Source: Owenia fusiformis
Taxonomy: Eukaryota
Direction: 5' to 3'
DNA length: 64,000 nt
Assembly: GCA_903813345.2 (NCBI GenBank)
Contig: CAIIXF020000001.1
Span: 38,564,001-38,628,000, forward strand
Positions within the stretch are counted from its first letter, which is position 1; each line of letters opens with the position of its first letter. Shown here in pieces: positions 1 through 11,300 of this stretch. The position numbers and the translations under genes are program-made. The notes beneath the pieces are model-generated. The model saw nothing but the letters and a program-made list of their open reading frames with translations, ran no database searches and had not been told where the DNA came from.

Positions 1-668
1 TGACATTTTGATATAATTATAAGCACTCATTACCCTTTTGGTGCCTCTGTAGAGTATGAGATCCCTGATGTGGTGAGGGTTGGGGATACTGTCAATATTG
101 TCCAAGGGGGTAGGATTTTGACATTGTAGTTCATCCCGGAAGTAGAAAAAGTAGGTACTTTAGTTTTGAAATTCATATTCCTGGTATTATATAAATTCTA
201 ACTATATTTCATCAACTACTATTGGTCCCAGAGTATGGAAATTGAATTGCTCCCAGGGTACCTGGTATTTGACAGCCAAAGTTTCATTTCGCCAAAATTT
301 CAACCCCTTGCCATGCAGACCTTTGAATGGTGCATTATCCCTTTTTCTTTTCACTTTACCCAAAATAAAACAAATCCCTTCTCCTAGTTAAAATCTGGAT
401 TATTGGTACATGCATTTAAGCCCATTAGGGAAACACAAGAAAAATCTGATGAACGAATATAATTCTATGAATGTCATATACAATAATATATCAAGAAAAT
501 ACATGTTGCTGAGTTAATCAATAATGCTTATCAGACAGTAGAATAATCCATAACAATCCAGGTTGTGCAAAGTGATAATCAGGGCTTAGATTCCAGTTGA
601 TGGCTGTAATTAGTTATTCTATCCTCATCATTAAGACAGTTCTCAAACACACATATCACAATGTTATC

Positions 669-873
669 CAGGCCCGTAGCCAGGATTTGCCAAGGGGGGT
701 TCAGTTTTCAAAAATTTCCAGGGGGGGTTCACATCTGACAATTTTGGAGCAAATATGGCTAAAATCACTTGAGAAATGCTCAAAATGGTGAAAAACTGCA
801 TGATTTTGAAAGAATTTTTGGCCAGGGGGGGGTTCGCCCGAACCCTGCGAACCCCCCCCTGGCTACGGGCCTG
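669..873. mobile_element. ~205-bp MITE (CAGGCCCGTAGCCAGG TIR, 5-bp TSD), family A
   Basis: TIR caggcccgtagccagg/cctggctacgggcctg; TSD TTATC at 664-668 and 874-878. Confidence 0.88.
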
Positions 874-1091
874 TTATCAATGTATTATCTGCAAAGATCA
901 TTCCTGTAATTTCAATTTACCCACTGGCTAAAACTGACAAGGTCATCTAAACATGTACCTCATCTCATCAATTCTGCTTTAGATCCCTGCAATGAACACA
1001 GTGGCAAAGTTATCTGTATCATTGATTCTTTGCAATTGATTTGAATCTGAATATAGCTTTTGGGGTATCAATATCCATTATTTACTAGTTA

Positions 1092-1538
1092 GGCCATTAG
1101 AAGTAGATTCTTTGTTTTGCGTCCTGGCAAAATCCATATCATGCAAGGGTACAAGGAAAACAAACACAAACTCAAGAAAAAACACAAACTTGTTTGCTGA
1201 GAAATGGACATTTTATGGGCATAAAAAGGGATGACATCAAGTTGCAGTGATTAGGCTACAAACACATGTCTATACATTTAGATATACAATATATTTAAAC
1301 ATAGCTATTATTCAAGGGTAACAAATAAGAAAATACACAATGCATGCCAAAGTATCAATGACACTGTCAATTTTGACGCACATCACATTATCCGCCATTT
1401 CGTCTGATTCTGATTGAACGAAATGCGATGGTACTTTCAGACCCTTGTGATTGCTATTTGAATGTGTTTGTTTTTTCTGATTTACTCAAAATCATGCAAG
1501 CAAGAGGACGCAAGACAAAGAATCTACTTCTTACGGCC
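1092..1538. mobile_element. PIF/Harbinger-like MITE
   Basis: ~34-bp TIR ggccattagaagtagattctttgttttgcgtcct / aggacgcaagacaaagaatctacttcttacggcc; TTA TSD. Confidence 0.8.
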
Positions 1539-1744
1539 TTATTGGAGAATGAGTGGGTTGGATTTTGTCTTGTTATTGCCCTGAGTATGAATTTCAGGAA
1601 TACAAAAAGATTTTAGAAATACAAGGATCATATACAGAAATCCACATCTTAATAAATCCCTAAAAAGAATAGTAATAATATATAATAAAGTGTTTAGTTA
1701 TCTAATTTAAATCCTTGAACAGATAAATAACTTCTTATTCTAAT

Positions 1745-1774
1745 CATGGGCTTTCAACTAATTGAAAGCCCATG
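1745..1774. mobile_element. 30-nt TIR-only remnant with 7-bp TSD (P-like footprint)
   Basis: TTCTAAT-catgggctttcaactaattgaaagcccatg-TTCTAAT. Confidence 0.75.
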
Positions 1775-2293
1775 TTCTAATTTAACAGTAAACATGAATA
1801 CGACAGTATGAACCTAGAATTGAATCATTTTATATTTACCAATACATTGTGCTCAGAAATGCTGTCTACACTAACATTTGAGGAATTCTGCAAAACCAAG
1901 AATTCAGTTCAAAGAGTTTTCAAGTTAAATTTTTCTTCAGGGATTTTTAGTATTTTACCTTCATTATGTTTGATTTTCCTGTTGTTTTGTTACCAAGACC
2001 AATTTCATTCTACTAATAACATTGCCATTAAAGATGATAGTAATTGCATTCCCTGAGTTGGCTTGATGGTTAATACCCTTTGCATTCGTTTGACTTCACT
2101 TTTTAAAAGAGAGCTTCGTCTTCACTCTTTCAAACTAAAATAAACCTGTGAACTGACCGCGCCAATCAGTGTTCGTCGGCCAAATTTGACCGACGTTCTT
2201 TATATGGTCATTCCTTCTGACGTCATCTTTGAGCCCGGAATTGACCAATGACATGCGCATATTAAATTAGAACGCATTTGGCGTATGTTTCTT

Positions 2294-2332
2294 CACGGAC
2301 CTACGCGCTAATCAGCGAGCTTGAAGTCCGTG
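2294..2332. mobile_element. 39-nt insertion with 7-bp TSD, 7-bp TIR and an inverted copy of the flank as filler
   Basis: GTTTCTT-cacggac...gtccgtg-GTTTCTT; interior 2298-2326 is the reverse complement of 2337-2365 with 1 mismatch. Confidence 0.7.
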
Positions 2333-3271
2333 GTTTCTTCAAGCTCTCTGATTAGCGCGTAGGTCAAAAGTGGTATACCGAAACTGTCACCAGTACCCGT
2401 CGTGGGGGCGGGGCTACTAAACTGTAATATGGTCTCTACTAGGCAGAGTGTAGTTTAACTAGACTCTGCACGCAGGGTAGATGGTTAACCATTTCAAATA
2501 AGAAGAAAAAATCTGAAAATTTCCTAATGATATCTTTAAAGGTTTATTGTCCCCTCACAAAATACTGATGAAATGACATCATTGTCTTTTAGATGGGCTT
2601 TTGGATATATGGGCCTCAATTTCGGAAAATATGGCCCTACAGATAGATAATTAAAAGTTATTTGTCATTATCCTGAGTCCCATAGTCGAGTAATTACTGA
2701 GCTCTAAATAGGTAGACAAATAAAATATACAGTTTTGTTGCTGGTAATATCTTAATGACCTCAAATGTAACTGGCTTTAGAGGGACTGGCTTTTATGAAG
2801 TTTGAACATGGAATCAAAAGGAAAAAATTTTAAATTCTGTGACCATGACAAAAATATTGTGAAAGTCATAGAAATACACAAGGCATTAACATGCAAAATG
2901 TCATCACCTGCCATTTGTTACAGACACCGACCAGCGAATGCAAACCAACCTAATGCTGAAAGCCATCAACAAAGAAATTGGAGACTTTAACAAAATATGT
3001 CACCACTTCTGAAATTTTGAATTTAAAACTTATTCTGTGAAATAAGATATTTTAGTGCTTTGAAACATGAAGTGCTGTTTATGCTCTGAAATTGCTCAGA
3101 ATACACCGAAAAGTGTCTAATTTTTGAAATTTTCTGGGAGGCTCTCTATTCTTGTGCTTGGTTGACGCTGTATTTGATATAAGATATTTCAGTCCTTTGA
3201 AACATGAAATATGCCCATATACCAAAAAGCAAATTGCAGAAAATTAACACCAGGTAAAATTACATCCTGAT

Positions 3272-3917
3272 TTGGGTTTGTGTAAAAAACCGGGTGACCG
3301 GGTAACCGGGTCGCCGGGTGACCGGGTACCCTACCTTCCTACCAGGGTTAGGAATTTGATTTTTTCATTTTATGCCTGAAAACACCCAACTGACATCCCA
3401 ATCAACGTACCAGTGACGCAACCAATCAAGCAAACAACCAAAAAAATTTATTAACCAATAAATCAACCAGCAAAACGACAAACAAAATTGATATAATGTC
3501 AATCAGCAGATCAGTAAGGCAATAAATCAAGCAACTAACGTCATCGTACGTGTAAACTGTGTAATTAACTACATTGTACACTAATTAACAGATAAAAACG
3601 GCAAATAACATTTTAATTTATGCGTACGTAAGTCTTCCAGATTTGTTTAATATCTAGTAGAAATCATAGAAAACAATCATCGATATCCTGTCAATCACTC
3701 AGACAATAAATCAAGCAACTAACGTCATCGTACGTGTAAACTGTGTAAATAACTACCTAGGACTTCCGAAATTCAGTCTCTTACAGATTCTTGGTAAAAT
3801 GATAACGTAAAAATATTGAAGGGTAGTCTAAAAATGTGCAACTTTGAAAGTTGGTAACCCTGCAAGGAACGTTGAGTACCCAGTTACCCGGCCACCCGGT
3901 TTTTTACACAAAACCTA
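3272..3917. mobile_element. hAT-like MITE
   Basis: TIR ggtttgtgtaaaaaaccgggtgaccgggtaac / gttacccggccacccggttttttacacaaaaccta; CTGAT repeated on both flanks; internal ~50-bp direct repeat (3520-3570 / 3703-3755). Confidence 0.75.
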
Positions 3918-4059
3918 CTGATTTTAGCCTAATCTGATAGAGTGGGGGTAATTATACTGCTCATTGTGACTGAACCCTCCTAGAACCCTCCTAAAATGGC
4001 TACAGGCCTGACATCGGCGAATTCCTGTAAACACCATGGCTCATAGTGGACTTAAAATA

Positions 4060-4890
4060 AATTTTCAATCGATTGTTTCAATCATTTCAATGCTTGCATC
4101 ATTTCCTATGTTTCAATGCTTGCGTCATTTCGAGCATTTCAATCGATTTGCCTTTGAAATGAATTTTAAGTGTCTCTGTTTGCGCCTGTTTCGCCGTTTC
4201 AAGCATTTCAATCTAATGACCAGTTCATGAGGAAACGGATTGAAAAGAAAAACGAACATGCAAGTTTTTCATTTCAATCATTTCGCCCGGGCTTTTCAAC
4301 TGTTTCAATCAATTCAATCGATAGAGTCAATACGTCCAAATCCAAACAGGGAGTAAACACGAACGGGTTCCAAATAATGGCAAGCAGATCATTGAATTGA
4401 ATAATAGTACCTATACTACCTCTACATAATATTTATAGTTCAGTTCTTTTGACAGTTCAATTTTACATGTCTTTAGTATTGTGCACATGCTCTATGTGGA
4501 CAAAATTCAGCTTATAGTGTTACATCATTTAGTGTCTTCTACCTTTTAGGAGCTATGTAAGGGTCCCATTCATGAGATAACTCTTTTATTTCTAACTAAA
4601 CTTCTTGCCTTTTATCATGCTTAACAGAGTGTACAGTAGATAATACACATAATATATATAGAATCATAGCATATATGTGCAGTACAGCCAAGCTAACTAC
4701 ATTTTTTGATGGGGGTGTTTGGAAATAGCATACTGACTCTACATCTAGGTGAAATTACTGTTCCGTTGTTTGCGCCTGTTTCGCGGTTTCAATCATTTCA
4801 ATCAATTCGTCTGAGCTGTTTTCACTATTCTCTTTTAACCATTTCAAACATTTCAGCCTTTTCGCCCCCTGTTTCAAGCATTTCGCCTGC
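4060..4890. repeat. Degenerate (TTTCAATCA)-like short-period repeat, two blocks
   Basis: tttcaatcatttc / tttgcgcctgtttcgc motifs at 4060-4320 and 4765-4890. Confidence 0.5.
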
Positions 4891-5382
4891 CAGTGTATAC
4901 ACCCCTTTATGCTACAAATGTTGACATCAATCATTTCATTTTGATTTTATGCTGGAAAAAAAATTCATCCCAAAAAGGTAAACAATCTTTAGCATCAATT
5001 GAGAACACAACAACTTGGGAAAAATATGTCTTTAGGGTTTCTTATATAAAAACGGACCTAACAGCTTTGCTTGTCCGATGATTACTTACCATTTTTGATG
5101 TTTTCTTCGGAATAATTTGGAGCTGTGGATTCCGGAAGCGATGGCAATGCCAATATCAGAACGAGGCTGCAATGAATCGTGGGTAACCTCTAGATCCATG
5201 CCTGAATCGTGGGAATTCCCGAACAACATATTGCTATCGTTTCTCCCTTTATAAAAGCGATTATACATAATTATTGAAGCTAGATAGATAGTCCACAGGC
5301 TCAACAATTGGGATCTGTTGCAAGTAAGGTTGGAACACGCCCCAGAAAGGCGAACAAGGGCGTTGAAATTAGAGTAAAAATT

Positions 5383-5394
5383 CAACATGGCGGC
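5383..5394 (+). promoter_or_regulatory. TISU/YY1-type start-codon element of eIF4B
   Basis: CAACATGGCGGC is an exact match to the TISU consensus SAASATGGCGGC and contains the ATG. Confidence 0.6.
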
Positions 5395-8300
5395 AAGTGG
5401 TGAGTAATTTTTCCCACAATCTTCTTTAGTTTGATTTCGAAGTTTTCCATGCTGGGTGGACAATTGCTTATAATAAAATCCATCCAGATAAAGATTTAAA
5501 ACTCCATTTATACATAAGCATAACGATTCTGCATTATTGATTCTCATTGATGTTGAATACTGCACTTCTTTCCCTGCAAAATTTCATCATTGATGACTGA
5601 GATTTTATCCTGGTCCTGTTGGAATATTCTTATAGTTTCATCTCCATAATCTGCTTCACTCAATTGTAATAGTGCTACCCTATCATTTGTACATAGGCCG
5701 AGACCCTATCTGTTGCAAGACTAACGCCTGGCGTAACCGTCACCATGTTATTCGGTGTTTTTTAAGTAGCGCAAGGATCCTGCCATGACCGTGGTAATGT
5801 TATCGTGAAAGCCTGGTATAACCGCGACAATGCTGTATTATATTAAAATGCCTGCCATGACCGTGGTAGTGTAATCGTGTAAGCCTGGCGCGACCGCAAC
5901 CTTTATATGACATTAATGACCTTCATGTTTCGCCCATTGCTGTTGGTATTTTTTATGGATAAATCTTATTAATTGATCATTATAGAAAGTATATGCTTTC
6001 GAATCGAAGCTCCTTGAATGAGAGTAGAGATATAGTTTGTTCGCAAATTATTTATGAGTAAAAATTAGGTTTTCGTTGTGAAATTAATACACATTTTTAG
6101 TAGTCTTTATTTACATATTTAAGGTAGTTAAACACGAAGAAAAATTGCCATTACAGTGTTCTCATGCTACTTTAAATACAACCACGGTCATGAGAGGCCT
6201 TGGAACTATTGTCACGGTCATACGAGGCTTTAACATTACCACGGTCATGACAGGCCTTGCAATATAATATAGCATTGTCACGGTTATGACAGGCCTTGCA
6301 AGCATTGTAACGGTCATATCAGGCTTTAACATTACCACGGTCATGACAGGCCTTATAAGCATTGTCACGGTCATATTAGGCTTTAACATTACCACGGTCA
6401 TGACAGGCCTTGCAACCATTGTCACGGTCATACGGGGCTTTAACATTATCAAAGTCATGGGCAGCTTGGGTCAACATTCATAAAGACAGAGACATATAAT
6501 GTATCTGGTAAAATATACAAATATACGAATATTTAAAAGTGGATAGTAAACAAATCGCTTAACAAACAACAATAAAAAATTCTTAAATTAAACGTAAAGG
6601 CTACGGCTGCGCCAGGCTTCCACGATAACACTCATGGTCATGACAGGTTTTGCAATATAATACAGCATTGTCACGGTTATACCAGGCTTACAAAATAACA
6701 CTGCCACGGTCATGGCAGGATCCTTGCGCTACTTAAAAAACACCGAATAACATGGTGACGGTTACACCAGGCGTTAGTCTTGCAATAGATAGCATGTGCA
6801 TAGGCCTTTCGGATCATCCATGCAATTGTCCAATCCATATTTTCTAAGTATACCTAAATCGAAGCTTTTTTTCTGCCAGTAAACTAGGCCTAGAATTACA
6901 TCATTCAAAGGCTTACTGATCTGAAAGAACAGCCTTTGGTATCCTTATCCCTTGCCAGGACTATAGTCCTAAGAACATCTCAATCTTTTGCCAGTACGAT
7001 TACAACATGGGAGAATTTTCTACGCCTCACTAAGATACCTACTTCAATAGATTCCTTGTTATTATAGCATTCTTTTCGTGTAGTTGAATCCACAATTATC
7101 TGGGTTTATCGGCAGAACGAAGAAACTTATTTCAACCATCAAATTCCTCCATTTATTGGTACTTCCGAGCCAGTTAAACGGGGAATCCCCTTTGAAATCC
7201 AACCGCCATCTTGAAAAGTGATGGAATCTCTCTCGATGAAAAAGATAGATGTTCTGGTTCTGCCGCTGGAGAATCATGATGGCTGAAGTTGAAATACTGA
7301 AATCAGATGCTTATTTTACATCTCAAAATTTTCCTACATCACAATCCTTCGTTTACGAAAGTCTAAGTTATCAGCTGCTTATTTGTTGATCATTACTTGC
7401 CTTTATCCCTGTAGACATTCTCTAGCGAAAAACCAAAATGGAGGTTTTGATGGAAATTTACAGAGAGTAGCATTTGAAATCGCTACTTTTGTGAATTTTT
7501 GTAAAAATTACCATTTTGATTTCACACTAGAAAATGTCCACTTGTGACAAAGACAAGTCTTGATCGACACTGAAGCAGCTGATAACTTACAGACTTTCAT
7601 GAATAGAGGATGGAGATATGAGGAACATTTGCAGATATGAAGTAGGCAGTTGATTTCAGTATTTCAGTTTCAGCCATCACAATTCTCTAGCGGCCTAAAG
7701 AGGGCAAAAAAGGCTGTAAGCTTAGAATAGTTTATTTGAACAAAACCAAAACAAGCCTTTTTAGGATAACCCACTACCTGTTTTTGGGAGTGATTATCCC
7801 ATCGAACGAAGTTCGGAGGGATATAGGGAACGCCTCCGTCCGTCCGTCCGTACGTACGTCTGTACGTACGTCCGTCCGTCTGTCCATCCGTCCGTCCGGG
7901 CAATAACTCAAATACCGTTGGCCCGATTTTGTTTATATTTTGTACACATATACCCTATGGGGGTAGAAGTTCTGCTCGAAAGCCAATTTTCAAAATGGCC
8001 GCTCATTTAAAAATGGCGGCCATTTTAGTGCCGATTTTACTGTAATTTAGGTGCAATATGTAAAACTGTAATAGCAATATGTTTTAAATGTAAAAAAATT
8101 ATATAGGACATTGATAAAGCTAGAAATGTAGATATTAAAGAAGCACATGGCAGCCATCTTGAAAAATGGCGGCCTTTACTCATTATTTTACGATTTTTGC
8201 TGTAACTCAAGAAGTAGTGGAGCGATTTTGTTCATATTTGGTATGTGAATACTATAAGCATGGCTCACTGTTTAATGACACTTTTGGTAGGAGGCGGTCA

Positions 8301-11300
8301 TTTTGAAAAAATGGCCACCATTTTGAAAAATGGCCGCCATTTTAACATATTTTACTATAACTCAAAAATTAGTGGAGCGATTTTGTTCATATTTGGTTTG
8401 TGAATACTATAAGCATGGCACACTGTCTAATAACACTTTTGGTAGAAGGCAGCCATTTTGAAAAATGGCCGCCACTTTAACGTATTTTACTTTAACTCGA
8501 AAAGTAGTGGAGCGATTTTGTTCATATTTGGTATGTGAATAATATAAGCATGGCACACTGTCTAATGACACTTTTGGTAGAAGGTGGCCATTTTGAAAAA
8601 TGGCTGCCATTTTAACGTATTTTACTATAACTTGAAAAGTGGTGGAGCGATTTTGTTCATATTTGGTATGTGAATATTATAAGCATGGTACACTGTCTAA
8701 TGACACTTTTGGTAGAAGGTGACCATTTTGAAAAATGGCCGCCATTTAAACGTATTTTACGCGGCCTTTATTTGTTATTTTACAATTTTTGCTGTAACTT
8801 GAAAAGTAGTGGAGCGATTTTGTTCATATTTGGTATGTGAATACTATAAGCATGGCACACTGTCTAATGACACTTTTGGTAGTAGGCGGCCATTCTGAAA
8901 AATGGCCACCATTTTAAAGTATTTTACTATAACTCGAAAAGTAGTGGAGCGATTTTGTTCATATTTGGTTGTGAATGCTAGAAAAAAAGCATATTACTTC
9001 TGATGACAACTTGATGAAAATGGTGGCCTTTCTTATGTGTGTTATTTTATGATATTTGCTATATATTTCATTTGTAAAAATCCCAGTCATTTCTGTTCGA
9101 TGGGATTCGCTACGCTTTGGCGTTGCCGTTGTTCTCGTTTTCTTTGGTACCACCATCTACTTTTATTTCATAATGCATGAACATTTCATATGAATTTTGT
9201 TTCAGCCTCAAAGAAGAAGCAGAAGGGAAAGGGGAAGGTGATGTCACTAAATGACTTTCTAGGAGACAGTGCCCCACCTACACATTTACCAGCTAAATCA
9301 TCCAGTGATAACTGGGCAGACCAGATGGAAGAGGATGATGTAGATAGTAAGTGGATTTAGGAGAATATTTATATATAAGTACTCATAATTACATTTACAA
9401 TTAAACCTGTCTGAAAGCCATTCTACATCATCTATCTTAATCATTAGAAAAGTCCTTAATTCTAGTGGACATCACACTAAGTTTTGGAGGTTTGGCTTCT
9501 CAAAGTTCATTGTTCACATTTTTGAAAAGCATGTTTATATTGACCATTTTCTATATCAATGGATTGAAAAGCATGTTTATATTGACCATTTTCTATATCA
9601 ATGGAAAAAATAGATGGCATCGTGAGTGTTGGTAGGGCTAGAATACATTGAAGCATATTGCAAAAGTCACTTAATCTTGATCTCACAAGTAATTCCATTT
9701 GGATCAACTTACAACATGATTTGAATGTAATCATATGGACCTATTAACTTGTGGATTGTGATTTAATATTAAAATTGTGATACTTGTAAGAGTAATTGAA
9801 ATTTTTAATTTTTAAACATTGTGTCAATGGGGATTTAGCCTGACCATTTTCATTTAACTTAAAAATCTTCAGAATTTGAATCAATGGGCAAATCAGAACT
9901 TTTTTGATAAAAAATTACACATAGAATTCAAATATGCCATCAATTAGAAGAAAGTCTTTAATGGTTAAAAATGTGGATCTCTTAAAATCACATTAAAAAA
10001 GAGACTTTAACAAGATTTCAAAGCTATATGGAAAAAGGACCATTGAGAGGTGTTGGAAGAAGAAAGTTGTTGGGATATACAGGATTCACTGTACATGTAT
10101 ATGGATGGCTGGAGTCTCATTGGAATAAGTCGAAATTATAATTTGAGCATTATAACTGTTTCATGATTTCTCAAAACAACAGGCATCTTATCTAAAAACA
10201 GCTGGAGAAAATCTCTTATTGTCTCTCTTGCAAATGAAACCCCTATGAAACAATGGTTCCAACCGAGACTAAAGTCATGATTGCCACAATTATTGACATT
10301 AAGTGCATTGCCCAATAGGCATATAAGTCTACTGCCAAGAGTGAAAATGACTTTAATCATTTGTGAAGCCTTGCTTAAAATTTCATGTGTTCTTTAAAGA
10401 ATGAAATATCATTCCTAAAACATATTCCAAATATTTTAAATCTCAATGATCTTTAACTTCCATAATCAAAAGAATGAGAGTTAAACAGAGTTTTACAACT
10501 CCATGTTCATAGACCTTAGCCTAAGGGGTGGGGTTAGCAAGTATATATGATATTTGATTTTGGGGCTTTTGAATTTGCTGTTGCAAAACAATTGCATTTT
10601 GCATGTACAGATTTTAAAATTTGGCATTACGATAGTGTCAAAAATTATTTCATCATATTTTTTTTTTTATTAATCTATGCAATTGTTCAATATTCATTGA
10701 TTTTCCAGCTATCAGTGATTATGGTTATGGTAGTGCCCAAAGAGTAAATAGAGCAGCTCTTCCAACAGCCCCCAGAGCTGCCAGGGGATGTGATATAGAT
10801 CCAGCAAGACTCCCCTCTGGTCCTCCCTACACAGCATACATGGGCAACTTACCTTATGATGTAGATGAAAAGAAAATTAGGACTTTTTTCGAAGGACTGA
10901 AGGTACTAATTCTGATTAGTAACAGAAAATATAAGTAATAGAAATTGAAAATATAGAAGAATGGCTATATCATTAAAGATATTTCTCATTTAGAAATAAA
11001 GATTTGTTTTATATTAGAAAAGTTCTTAAGTTTGGCCATGTTGTCCTAATCTATGTATTAGTAGATCTGATTGACACCGTTGGTCTAATATTGTTTTCAT
11101 GTTATGCATTATTGTATTTAGATTGTCAATGTGCGCATCCCAAATGAAGGAGGACGTCCCAAAGGCTTTGGTTATACAGAGTTTGAAGATAAAGAGAGCC
11201 TCATCAATGCACTCTCTTTAAATGAAGAGGTACGCATAAATTGTGTGTGATATTGTTTGCTCAATTGGGCTAGCGTATTCAAAACATTATTTCCCCAACA

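Noticed and set aside
1..400. Possible coding exon(s), e.g. minus-strand 176-34 ending G|gtaatg
   Set aside because: Several short frames are open on both strands, none is recognisable, and I cannot choose among them without flanking sequence.
5086..5565. 159-aa antisense ORF over the eIF4B promoter and exon 1
   Set aside because: No recognisable motifs or splice context; probably a chance ORF.
6162..6483. Repetitive MTV/VMT ORFs
   Set aside because: Tandem repeat inside a TIR element.
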